Positions 1-14,023 of a stretch of 64,000 nt of DNA are shown here, piece by piece. Source of the DNA: the human T2T-CHM13v2.0 reference genome, Homo sapiens; NCBI RefSeq assembly GCF_009914755.1, contig NC_060927.1. One strand, 5' to 3'. The notes beneath the pieces were generated by a model. That model ran no database searches. It was not told the origin of the DNA and saw only the letters and a program-made list of their open reading frames with translations. The position numbers and the translations under genes were made by a program. Position 1 is the first letter of the stretch, and each line of letters begins with the position of its first letter.

Positions 1-193
1 AGGCCTTGTGAGTCTCAGACAAGTGCAGCTGGGCAGAGCCCAGAGCACCACGGGCAGGAAATCAGACTGGTGAGTGGGCGAGTGGAAACTGTATCTGGGC
101 TGGGCCAGCTAGGAGAGGCTTCCTGGAAGAGGTTGCCAGTTTAATTCAGACCTCTGGTTTGAGAAGGATGTGGATGACAGAGGAAGGCACAGG

Positions 194-227
194 GTGTATG
201 TGTGTGCCTGTGTGTGTGTGCACTCAC

Positions 228-259
<32 letters not shown>

Positions 260-273
260 GTGTGCATGTGTGT
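194..273. repeat. Imperfect (TG)n microsatellite
   Basis: Direct inspection. Confidence 0.9.
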
Positions 274-2843
274 GACAATATGCCTGGTTTAGACATTCAG
301 CACCTGCTGTGGAGTACCAGTTTCCCACTCGCAGACCTGTGTTCTGGCAGGATGTGGTTGACCTCAGCAGGGCCGGTGTCAAAGTCCTGACAAAGACTGG
401 GAAGCTGAGGGAGGACCAGAGGAATCTGTGGAGGAAGAGGCGTTTGTGTAGGGCCTTGAAGGGTAGAGCACCATTGCTGAGGGTGCTGCAGGGACTCCTG
501 GGTCACTTGGGCTGTTGTTCAGACTATATGGGAAGGACTCAGTTTTCATTACAACAGAGGTCTGTTGTATCTCTTCTGAGCTTCACACCTGGGGAAGTAG
601 AGTTAGATCCCTCATTTTCCTCTGCTGGGGACATCATCATGGAAGATCTCTGGGTGGAGGCAGTAGTTGGAACATCTGGCTCTGTAAGCCCGCAACCTCC
701 CTTGGCTCCAGGCTGCCATGTCTAATGGTGAAGGCCCATGGGCAAGAGCTGAGGACATCCCTAGGTGAGAGGCATTCCAAGCATACCTGTGCCATGAGAG
801 TGTGCACAAAGCGCTTCCTGGAGAGCTGGCTCTGCTGCTCTCAGGACAGTGAGACCATGGCTCCTGTGAGCACTGGTGTTTTCCCTGGAGAACATTAGTT
901 CTACTGCTCTCCCTCCATCTATTGGACATCTTGTGTGGTCCCAGATGAAAGGCCCCATCTTGGGGTTGAGAGAGGAACAGTGCTCTCGGCTTAAAATGCT
1001 TTCTGTGACATTCTCCCCAAGTGACTTTGGACTAAAGGCAGTTTCATAATCTTTTGCAAAACCATCATCTTTGTGGTGCAGTTGAACCCTGGGTTTGAAT
1101 ATGTGGTGGGGAGTAGGATCCAGTCTCGGTGACTGTTACTATCCCTGCATTCATGCTATGAGACAACATAGGCCGGCAGACACTCAGAAGGCAGGGCTCT
1201 CATTTGGGGTGGCCTGGGTGCATTTGCTGGTGAAACATTATTGGTTTTTATGAGGACTCACTTGGGTGCGCCCTGCACCTGGGGAACCCAGCCCCTTGAG
1301 GGACAGGAAAGAATGGCGTGAAGGGAGCTCTGGGTCCTGGGCTCCTCCCCACCCTCCTGCCCGTTTGGAACTAAGTGGATTAGGCCCTGTGCAATTGTGA
1401 TTAAAATCCTGCTGTGTGGGAACCGTGGAGGTTTGGCTTAGAGCAGGAACACGAGGCTCCCGTTTGGGGAACAAGGAGCCTCAGGAGGCCCTTTCAGCAC
1501 TAGACAGGCCAGAGATGCTGAAAAGATTGCTTTTGTTTTTGAGGCGGGTTTGGGATTAGGGTTGCCTTTTTCTTTAGACTAGGGCTTTGTCTTTGCTGCC
1601 TTCTCCTCATGGCACTAGCGATCTTTCTGTCCTCTGCCTCCTCGTCCCTCTCATTTCTCCTTTTCCACCTGTTTCTCCTGCTATTGCTCTGTCCCCGCTC
1701 TCCCGGGCCTTGCCAGTTTGCCTGTCTCGTGTGTTTCAGGCCTCATGGCCTCTTTTCTGCAGCCTGGCAGGCTGAGGGCAGGCGGAGGACAGAGCAGGGC
1801 CAGGTCAGGTGCTAAGGACTCATCCTGGTCAGCGGGCAGCTCACTCCCCCACCCCCACCCCAGGGGAGGGTGGGGGTGGGGAAGGAAGGAGGAGTGAGTG
1901 CTGTACCCATGCCACTCACAGTGTCCCCTCCTGCTGCCCGCCTTGACCAGGTGTCAGCAGCCTTGGCAGTCAGAACAGTGGACTCAGGAGTTCTTGGGCT
2001 GAGCTGTAACCTGAGGAGGTCCCCCGCCACCCCCCCATGGCTTGTGTGAAGTCAACTTCAGCTGCAGTCTCTGCTGTTGGGTCTCCTTTTACGGCCCAAT
2101 GGTCTGAGACTTTTGCTTGGGACAATTGTGTGGGACTAGGCACAGTACGACCCCCAAGGGTTCCCTAGCCACAGTGAGGTATAGACAGGGCTGAGATCTG
2201 ACCTGAGTCAGAGCCTTAGAGCCAGCCAGAGGAGCTGGTGGGAGTCTGGGAGGGCTCAAGGTATGAGGTGCAACCTACCGCCATTTTTACAGAGGGCAGA
2301 GCTGAGTGTGAGCTGCACCTGCACTAGCTGGTGTGAACACTCAAGACTCTCTAGCTGGCACCCTGCACCTGACCACCCTTGCCCTGCTAAGGCTCAGAGG
2401 CTACATTCAGGGGCCTGAGGGACCAGGACCTTGAGCTGCCACACTCATTTCCCCATTCTTAAGGGTTCAGCCTCCACAAGAGACCCATAGCTCATCCACA
2501 GATGCTCACCCAACATTAACAGCCCCCTTCTCAGGATGTGGTAGAAGGACTGGCAGGTGTTCTCCGTGCTTTCTGGCAGGCAGTGGCACAGGGGGCAGGG
2601 GGATGGCAATAAGGGCACCCACTTGCTGAGTGCCTCCTACATGTCAGGCACAAACACTGCAGAATCAGAATGGATTATCACGCCCATGCCATGGATGCAG
2701 AGACAGGTTCAGAAAGGCAGAGTAACTCACCCAGGGTCACGTAGTATGGACATGGCCCTGTGCTGGAACCCAGGCCTGGCTCTCAGCCATTCCTCTCTGC
2801 GTGTGTGCTCCTCTGGGGATCAGGAGCCACAGTCTGCTCATCA

Positions 2844-3153
<310 letters not shown>

Positions 3154-3445
3154 TGAGGGCCTGGGTGCTCTGCTTGGCAAAGGCCTCCCTTTTGGCTGTG
3201 AAGACATGTTAGGTGGGCAATGATCATCGGCAGTGCCAGGGAAGCAGGCAGGTCGTGGGGGCCTGCCTTGCCCACTGCTGGGGCTGATCTTGCAAGTAGA
3301 TAGACAGCATAGAGACTGGTCAGAGGGTGCCCCAGGATGCCTCTCCCACACCAGTCAGCAAATGGTGTTGTCAGGGGAACATTTGGCTATGGTGATGCCA
3401 CCAGCAAGGGCTATATTCTGCCAGGGTCAGGAGCTCTGAGGGTTA

Positions 3446-3568
3446 TGACTCAGGTTTGGAGACCCCTTCCGCTGTACTTCATGGACTAATTAAGTGCTTG
3501 AGTCAGGCTGAGCCAGTACCAGGGTGTGTCCTTACCCTAGGCAGGCCCAGGAGAGGGGGAGTGAGTCA
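3446..3568. promoter_or_regulatory. Cluster of three perfect AP-1 sites (candidate intronic enhancer)
   Basis: TGACTCA at 3446, TGAGTCA at 3499 and TGAGTCA at 3562. Confidence 0.55.
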
Positions 3569-6500
3569 CTGCCGCCTAGTCTCATGGCAGGAACAGGCAG
3601 TGTCCCTCAGAGCTGCCAGGCCACCACCCTGGTCCCCTAGAGGGCAGGGCCTCCCCCTCTTCCTCATAGCTATGGCTCCATGGTGTGATCAGAGACTAGG
3701 AAAGCCTTCTGGGAGTAGGCTGGGTGTCGGTGCCTTGGGAGTCCTCTGGCTGAACGTGAGCAGGAGGGGAGAGGGGCCAGGGGCCAAGGGAGACTGGAAG
3801 CCTGGATGGCTAGTGCCCCTGCTACCCCTGGGAGGAGCCTGAGGAGAGCGATGGCTGCCTGTACTCACCCAGGCCTGTGTGGGGAGCTGCAGAGACATGA
3901 ATGAAGCCAAAGGATGAGGGAGAGATGCTGAGCAGATATGAGATAGAAGGTCAGTGTTGGGGGTGGGGATGGAAGGTTCCCTAGGGCCTCTGTGCCATGC
4001 CTCTGGGGGTGAGCCAGTGTATCTCCCCACGCCCACTTCTGATTCCTTTGTCATCTCTGTGACATCTCCTCCAGGCGAGAGAGACCAGCTGTCATTCTTC
4101 TGAAAGCTGGAGAGTTTTGGGTCCCCTCTCTCCAGAGCTGGCCAGAGGCCTGGCCTGCTGAGTGCTTCAGCAGGGGTCACCTAGGCGTGACCTCACTTGC
4201 CCTGGCCACCCCTGCTAGGGAGGGTGGTATGGCCCTTTGTTACCCTGTGTCAGCTATGTGGGCATCACTGCCACACAACTGGCCAGTTGGGGGCACATAT
4301 TTCATTGCTGCTGTGGGGTCTCTTCATGAAGAGAGACCACTGATGGGACATTATTTCTGAGATTACAACAAAACACTTGTGTTTGCTAAAATGTTCCAGT
4401 CTTATGATGAAAATGTCCTATTTTTACACTGTCATAGAAGAAATAAAACCAGGGTAAAGTTTCACAGATTATGTAGCTGATTTTGATAGAAAAATCCCCT
4501 TTTCCTCTTTGAAGTTAAAGGAAGATACCAGAACCTGGATCTTCTGAGTATGTACTCAGGGGGCTCACAGGTGGTCTCTGTGGCCTCCCCCGGCCCTCTG
4601 TGGGAAGGCTGTGGGCAGAATCCTGGGATCCCACACCTGTCAGGGGCAGAGGGAGTTGTGATCCTGCCACTTTCTCACTGTAGAACCTCTGGGGGAGGGG
4701 AGGAGGCCATAGCTGTCTCAGGGCCTCTTTCCCCAGCTATAACACAGGAGCCATGTGGGAGGAGAGTGGGTGCCCAGTTCACAGATGCAAGCTGGGGCTT
4801 GGGAAGGTGAAAGGACTGGCCATGGTCACACATTTTGCAGGAGGGACATTGTTCAAAAGGATGCGCAGAGTTGTCGAGGGGTGTAAAGGTGTCTGCCACC
4901 TGGGAGAGTAGGGGGCTGCCACAAAGAAGTGAAGATGGGCCCCCTCCTATAGTTGACCAAGCTTGAGAGCTGGGTGAGTTCCCTGTTGTGGGTTTCTGTT
5001 CTTTCAGTCTTGGTTCCCATTCCCCAGGGTCGCTCCCCTAAGATCAGCCACCCTCTCTCCACCCTGGAGGGTCTTCCCCTTCCTTATTGAGCCTTTCACA
5101 GCAAAACAGGATTCGTGGACTCAAGGTTCTTGGTCCACCTTTGAAGAGCCCAGTCTGGCTGTGCCCCTCTGAGGATATGAGACCATTTCCTGTGACCTGC
5201 TGAATTGGAGAGGTTCTGCCTCCCCCAGGTCCCCAAGGCTGCACCTAGCTTTCCCTGAATTCTGGGAAACAAGGAGGGGAGGAGTGTAAGGCCATTTCAG
5301 GAAGACCCAGGGGAATCCTAAAGCCAGGGGTCCCCAAGCAAACCCAGGAACTGTTTTCACCCATACCATCATGGCCCCCAATACCTTCAGTGTGCACTGG
5401 ACACCAAGTTCATCTGAGCTCTTTGTGTGTGCTCTCATTCCCTCCTTGTGTCCCTGGGAACAGGAGTATTAGCACTATCCCCACTTTCCAGATTGGGCCT
5501 GTGAGGCTCAGAGAGGCTGAATGGCCTGCCCAAGGCCACAGGGGAGTTGGGAATAGACCTGGACCCCTGTGGCTGCAGCTAGTCCTGCTGTGCATGGTCC
5601 CTGGTCTGGGGCACTGGGACCCTCTAGCACTCACGTTCCCACTGTTCTTCCCTCTTCCTTCCTGGGAGCCTCGCTCAGGTCCCTCTTTCTAGAAGCATTT
5701 CCCTCCACTCTTCCCATCCCCCAGACTTAGCATTTCAGCCTTTGTTTCCAGGTTGTCTGGGGCTGGTGGGAAGCAGACCAACTGAGGCCATCAAAATTTA
5801 GTAAATTGGAGGAATCTTGTCTTCCTAAGACTTGATGATTTCAAAATTTGTGTTGGCTATCCTGTCCCAGAGCTTCCTGGGAAGACACTAGGCTTGGAAC
5901 CTCAGCTACTCCCTCCCCTCCCAAGAACTCTGGTGAGAAGTGGTCAGGTGGAGGTTCCCAGCCTGTCAAGCTGCCATCCTGCCCCCCATCAGGTGTCCTG
6001 GCCTTGGCCTAGAAGGGGAGTGGTTGTTTAGGGGTCCTCCTTTCTTGTGAGTTCCCTCAGAAGGGGCTGGCCTTCTCCATCTTGCCTGTTCTGCCAGGTT
6101 CTGGTTCTGGAAAGAAAGGAGAAGGGAAGGGAAGGAGCCAGGACCAGTTTCCCAGGTGTAGATGTCATCATCAAGCATCCCAGTTGGCAGTGACTCATCC
6201 ATAGACCCCTAAATCCTTGAGGACAGAGTGCCCATGGCAGCATTCCCAGTCCCAGTCCAGGTCTAGCCCCCAGACAGGGCCAGTACATGTTTGCAGGAGT
6301 TGGGAGGGGATCTGTACATGGGCAGGCCTGTACAGTTGAATCCTGGTTCCCAAAGAACTCTGACTCAGTGGTGGCCATGTGCAAACCACGTGACCCAGAG
6401 AATCCACAAAGCCTCCCTGACCCTCAGTTTCCTCATCTGAAAATGGTGGCTAACAATGCAGTTGTTGAAGGGCAAGAGCTAATGGGTATGACATGCCTGG

Positions 6501-9276
6501 TACAGGGCGGGGCTCCGTGAACATCTGCCATTGTTGTAACAGCCACCGAGTAGCAGGGCCTGGTCCAGACCAGGGGCGTGGGCCAAGCTCTCGGAAGGAG
6601 TGGCAGGGCCTTCTCTGTTTGTTTTCCCCAGGCTGGTGTTGTGGGGATGAGTGCCTGCTCCAAGCCTTGAAGCTGCATGGAAAAGGGGTGAAGCAGCTAT
6701 ACATGGTCCCCAGTCTTGACTCTCACTGCCCAGCTGTGTGACTTTGGGCAAGTCACTTAACCTCCCAGAAGGACATTTCCCCACAGGTAGAAGGGCGCTG
6801 CTGATCCTTGTTGGGTTATGGTGACCACTGTGTGAGGTGGCCTCTGCACAGTACTGGCCCAGCACCAGGGACAGACTGTTGTCCTGTAGGGAGCGCTAAT
6901 CCCACCTGACTCCATCATTCCCTCAGCACCTACCTGGGGCCTGGACGTTTGGGGTCAGTGGTATCATGTGAGCCGCCCTCCTTGGAACCGAGCCTCTGAG
7001 GAGGAGAGGTAAATGGACAGGGTGAGACAGAGGACAGGATGTGGTCGGAACTTAATGAAGCGAGGTCTCATCTGGCAGGCAGGAGGCCAACTCATCCATA
7101 GCTGCAAAATTGGTTCCATTAGCTCCTTTAATGAGCTACGAAAGCTCGGAGAATGAGTTTGTGAGAGAATAATGGCACATGTCTGCAGCTCTGATTTGAA
7201 ACTGTGGCTAAAAAGTTAGATATTACACTACCTTCCAGCTCTCCAAATAGCACCAGTGCCCTTGTCGGGAGGGAGAGGGAGGACATGGGGGGCAGGAGCG
7301 GGGTTCTGGCATTATAAGGAAGATGCTGAAGCTTTAAGAAGGAAAAGTCTGCTTCTGAACTCTGAATTCAGGGTCAATCCCATCCTGACGTCTTCCCTGC
7401 AGAGCAGAGGCTGAGGCTGTGACCCATTCTCTGAGTGGGCAAAGCAGCTCACAAGGGTCACACTGGCTGGCAGGGCCGTGTGTGTTAATAGCCCACACAG
7501 GTGCCAGCAGCACTGGCAGGGGTTTCAACAACTGGCTGTAAAATAAATTCTGCTATTCCAGTGGTGTCTCTTATATCATTTGAGATGTGATCCTCATGGG
7601 AAATAATCCCAAATAATCATACAACTGGGAGCTGGGAGAGATCTTAGAGATGGCTGAGTCGAAGACTTGTCAAGGAGGGAGTATGGTAGGTTCAAAGTGT
7701 TTTGTCTTATTCACGGCCTGCCTCTGTAAGAATAGGGGTTCCCAACAATGAAACCTAAATTTCCCTACAACATTCTCTACAGTTTTGCTGCCTGAGATTT
7801 CGTGTTGAGCACGTGCACTGAGATTTAATCTTCAGCATTCTGGCCTGCCTTTGCCTGAGGCTGGGATGAGACCCTTAGGTGGGACAGGTGTTGGAGGCCA
7901 TGCTGGTCCCTGCTGCTCCTCTCCTATCTGTCCTCTGGCACAAAACAAAGCTGGAATCCCAAGAAAATAAAGGTCTGGTGATGTTACCTCAGCACTCCTG
8001 GCCCACATGCCAGGCGATAGCTGAGGCATATGTGCTGGCCTCAGTCTTCATGGAGGAATCCATATTAGATATGTTCATTTGAGTCTGTGTCTTTTGCAGA
8101 ATTGCTGTTGAAGGTGTTGCCAGAAGGTTTTCTCCTATATAAGGTTTGATGTGAAATCCCTTTTAGAATTTCGTCCTAGAAAATGTTCAGTGAATATCTG
8201 TGCTCCTCTTCATGGGGGTAATAAAAGCAGCAGAGCCTAACTGGTTTCCTTCTTTGCAAGACTTCCAGGAAGCTCAGAATTAAAATTTGTCCTCATTTAT
8301 AGTTATGAACTTACATGGGTTTCTGGTGCATTTTGTCTTTTTCTTCATTCTAAAGAGAATCTGCTGTTTTTGTTTGGTTTGGCTTCTGTCTTGTTTTAGA
8401 ATTATAAAATGTCTGAAATACTGTTGTTAATAAGCAGGGCTTGCAGAAATAATGGTGCTTGGAGGGCCTCAAGGGGTGGTGAGAGGAACTAGATCCTTGG
8501 CCTCCAGGAGGAAGTTCCCTTTGCTGTAGGGCTGATGTCTCTCATACTGTGAGTTGTCACAAAATCCAGAGCTTCAGCTTCTTAATTTATTACTGCCTCG
8601 TTGATGGGAGAGATAAGTCAGCTCTCTTACCCCGGAAACAGTGGGTGTTCTGGCAGAGGCCATACAACAGCCTGGCCGGGGCTGCAGGTTAATTGGCCAG
8701 GGGTATGGAGGTTGGGGTTTGGCTGCAAGAGGTGTTGGGGAAACTGCTTGTCCAAGCTGGTAGCCTCGGCGCTTCCTGTATGTGAGAGATGGAGATACTG
8801 TGGGCACTTTAACTTGAGAAGAGCCCAGCACTGGGGTGAGCTGGATGGGGACACCCATGTGTGGGTGGGTGGACCTGGATAGGGGGCCCTTCCTGGGCGA
8901 GGAAGTGGCTGGAGGAGGGTGTTGGGGACTGGTTCCCAAGAGTCACTGCAGACATCCCAGCTTTGTTCGATCTCTAAGAAGACAGACAGAGTGATTTTCT
9001 AGTTCTGGGCAACAAGAAATGTTAGGCCCTGCCATGGTGATGGGGTCCCAGTGGGAGAGGAGGTCTGAATGGAGGCATCTGGGCTTGGTCACCTTCTTGC
9101 ACAGGCTGTCTTAGGTTGAGTTGTAGCAATAAGACCCCCCAATGTTTCTTGGGCACCTCTCCGTGGCCAGTTCTCTGCTAGGTACTTTGGAGAAGTAGAA
9201 AATATTAGATGAACAAATGGACAGATGGATAAATCCTGTTCTCTGCGAGTTCAAAGTCAATATTGCAGAGACTGGA

Positions 9277-9453
9277 GACACACATATGCCCACGGGCCCA
9301 CACACCCACCCCCATACTCCCCACACACCCATGCACACACCCCTACACACGATGTATGCATGCATGCACACATTCATGTTCCCATGCACACACACACACC
9401 CACATGCCCTCCTCATACCCCTACATATGCACTCACCCACGCACTGATGTACA
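9277..9453. repeat. CA-rich low-complexity tract
   Basis: Degenerate cacacc/catgca repeats. Confidence 0.8.
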
Positions 9454-10382
9454 CATTTATTTCAGAACAAGCTTCCTGAGTCTTGTGCAAGCTGTGGATT
9501 TGGCCAGTGCTGCTCCAACTTGGGGCCACCCCCTCCTCTCATCTCCCCTCAGGGAGGGGTTGTCTGGGTGCTCTCTCAAAAGTCCTGTTCTCCTTCCTCC
9601 TCCAGCCTTGCCATCCTGCAGCCAGGTGGCCACAGGGCAATGACTTCATCCTCCCAAGCCCGTGTTTCCTCAATCTGTAAATTGGGGCTAATGGTTCCCA
9701 CCCTGCTTGCCTCACAGGGTGGCACCAAGCATTCCCATGAGATAAGGGACAGCAGAGTGTTTTGTAAACTGCAAATTGTTTTCCAAACAGGCAAATGGTG
9801 CTGTTGTTTTCCCAGCTATGGAACTCAAGAATTCCTCCACCCACAAGTAAACCCTGTCCTTGGGTGGAAAGGGATATAGTGGTGATAGTGAGGGGCCTGG
9901 CCTGTTTTGAGGCCCCCACATTCCACCTGGTGATGCTAGAGGGGCACGGGCCCTTCTGCTCTCAAATTTTGCTGGGGCTCACTAGCTGGTGAAGTCAGTA
10001 GGGGTCTTGGCCTTCTGGCTGCTGGCTCTGGGGGCAAGAGAGAGAATTTGGCAAAGGAGGATGAGGGGAGAAGGGAAAGTGAAAACCAGTATATCAGAGC
10101 CTGAGGCCTGTGGTCACTCGCTAAAGGAAACATCATCTCAAATTCAATGCTTGTTGAGCTTCAGTGGGGACCCACACCTCAGGTGCATGGCCAGGAATCC
10201 CCTTCCTCAGGAAGAAGCCCAGTTTCCACCTCACAGGGGTGTGTGTATGTGTACGTCTGTGTGTGTGTGTGAATGTGTGTCTGTGTGTACCTATTGGGCA
10301 CTAGCTGGAGCTGTGGAGCTGCCCAAGTGCCATCACAGACCCTCCAGTTCTGGTGGACCCCTGGGGAGCTCAGGGAACATAG

Positions 10383-10746
<364 letters not shown>

Positions 10747-11360
10747 CCTTCCTATCTTCTTGTCTTCCCAGCTGTGACTGGGAACCATGACATCATTGCC
10801 CATTTCAGGTAGCCCCCAGTGGGCTCAGGCATGTGGATATGGAGGCCATGGGGACCCAGAGGCTGCTCCATGGGGGCAATGATGTGGGAGTGGTACTATG
10901 GTAGGTACTTTGCAAGGAACGCCTGTCTAGAAGTCTGCCTTGTTACCCACTTATCTCCCCCACCCTATATAGCCCAAGCCCTACAGCTTAACTTTGGGGA
11001 AACAGAGGCCCAGAGAGGAAAAGGGACTGGCCTAAGGTCATACTGAGAATAGGCATAGAACCTGGGCCTCCTGTGTCCTGGCCCTGTGCTCATTCTCATG
11101 CCTGGGAAGATGGAGCTCTTACTTTGGGACATCTTTTGTGAAGAATAGTGTGGAGTCATGTACCTATGTGAAGGAGGCCAACTTGCAGAAATGCCTTGTG
11201 GAATGGAGCAGTCATGATGGGCTCCCTGGAAGAGGAGGTAAAGCCTGGTTCAACAGAGAGGGTAGGTGAGGTACAGGCTGCCCTTGGGCAGCAGGGAGAA
11301 AGTTTGCCAGGTTGTCATGTCTCCCATTTGTTGAGCCTCACTGGGGCCTCCTCAATTTAA

Positions 11361-11362
<2 letters not shown>

Positions 11363-11394
<32 letters not shown>

Positions 11395-11672
11395 AGATGG
11401 AGTTTCATTCTGTCATCTAGGCTGTAGTGCAGTGGCACGATCTCAGCTCACTGCAACCTCCGCCTCCTGGGTTCAAGTGATTCTTCTGCCTCAGCCTCCT
11501 GAGTAGCTGGGGTTACAGACGCACACCACCACACTAGCTAATTTTTGTATTTTTAGTAGAGATGGGGTTTCACCATGTTTGTCAGGCTGGTCTCAAACTC
11601 CTGATCTCGTGATACACCTGCCTCAGCCTCCCAAAATGCTGGGATTACAGGCGTCAGCCACCACACCTGGCC
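11363..11672 (-). mobile_element. Alu (AluS)
   Basis: Long poly-T followed by antisense Alu; TSD aatttaatctt. Confidence 0.95.
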
Positions 11673-11763
11673 AATTTAATCTTATCTTGTCCTCATGATA
11701 GGTTGTGAGAGGTTTTCCCCCTCATCCTTACTCTATAGATTTATTAAATCTACAAATATTGAT

Positions 11764-12078
11764 AGGCACAGTGGCTCATGCCTACAATCTCAGTGCTTCA
11801 GAAGCCAAGGCAGGAGGATCACTTGAGCCTAGGATTTCGAGACCAGCCTGGGCAACATGATAAAACCCCGTCTCTACCAAAAAAAAAAAAAAAAAAAAAA
11901 AAAACCAAAAAAAAAAAAAATTAGCCAGGTGTGGTGGCATGCACCTGTGGTCCCAGCTACTTGGGAGGCTGAGGTGGGAGAATCATTGAGCCCAGGAGAT
12001 CAAGGCTGCAGTGAGCTGTGACTGTGTCACTGCACTCCAGCCTGGGTGACAGAGCAAGATTCTGTCTCAAAAAAAAAA
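11764..12078 (+). mobile_element. Alu (AluJ-like) with expanded A-rich linker
   Basis: J-type diagnostics (ggaggatcacttgagcc); linker of about 40 A at 11879-11920. Confidence 0.92.
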
Positions 12079-12399
12079 TCTACAACTATTACCTGAGTTA
12101 GTGCTCTGTGTCAGGCCCCGTATCCCAGTACTGGGACCTAGAGGTGGCCAGGCAGACTGGCCCTGCCCTGTGGGCCCACAGTCTGATGAGGGAGGCTGCT
12201 GGTGTTGGCCTGGCTGGGGGATCAGCCATGTGATTTGGGGCCAGTTACTTCCCCTCTCTGTGCCTCAATTTCTCATCCAAAAAGTGGTGATAATGAAGTC
12301 CTTTCCTCCTAATGTTTATAAAGTACTCCAAACAGAGCCAGGCACATTGAAAGTACAATATCTGTATGTGTGTTTTTGCTTAAAGAGTTATCAAAGGAA

Positions 12400-12600
12400 C
12401 AAGCTAATTGTATGTTGTGAGCAAGTGCTGCACAGGAAGTGAAAAGGGCGATGACGTGAGAGCTTTCTGGGGAGCTAGGAATGTTTTCTGTCTTGATGGA
12501 AGTTTGGGTCCCAAGGGTGTGTGCAATCATCAAAACTCATTGAATTGGACCCTTGAGACCTGGGCATTTTACTATATGTCAATTATACCTCAATAAACAA
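12400..12600 (+). mobile_element. Old L1M (L1ME/MC-type) 3' end fragment
   Basis: Typical end ...catcaaaactcattgaattg...atgtcaattatacctcaataaa; boundaries approximate. Confidence 0.7.
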
Positions 12601-13321
12601 AGCATATATTGAAAGAAAGAAAAACAAAGGATGAAGAGGGAGGGCTTCTGAGAGGAGATGACATTGAGGTGGACCACATTGAGGGGAGGCCTGGAGGAGA
12701 AGGCTCTGGCTATGGGGAAGGAAGATGAGAAAACTGAGGCTCTAGGAGGTTTTGGGCTCAGGGTCAACTCAAGGGGTCAGGAGAGACAGCTCAGGGGATT
12801 TCTTGGCAGCTGGACCTGGGCCCAGGCTGAGGGCTCTGGCTCCTGTGATGTACTCTGCAGAGAGGCCAGTGGGGCGTTTATTATATTTTCCGGGGACGGC
12901 CCTCTCCCCTGTCCCTATGCCTATTTTCAGGGCTTTGGCGTTTGTAGAGGGACTATTTTAATCCATGTGGGAAATGGGTTCCTAAATATGGACTCAGTGG
13001 GGCAGAAGCCTTGAGAGGCTCCAGCTCAGGGCAGCTCCACCTGCTCCTCTACCTCAGCAAAGCACAGGATGCAGGCCCAGGCTGGAAGGCTCTCCAGCCC
13101 CTCCTTGGCCATCTACCGCCCTCCTTCTTTCCCTCTGGCTCCTCCTATCTCCCTCCAGTCCTGGGCCCATCCTCCCATCCTTTGTTTGCTCGGAAGCCCA
13201 GTGTTTCCTGCCAGGCCCCAGCCAGGGACCCCCAAGTGAACTTGACCTGCCTCTGCCCTCAAGCTGCTCCCAGGCTGGTAGGAGGAACAGAAGCAAAACC
13301 AGTAAGAAAGGTGCTGGGAGG

Positions 13322-14023
<702 letters not shown>

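Noticed and set aside
41-57. RE1-like cagagcaccacgggcag
   Set aside because: Mismatches in both half-site cores; much weaker than the 6858 site.
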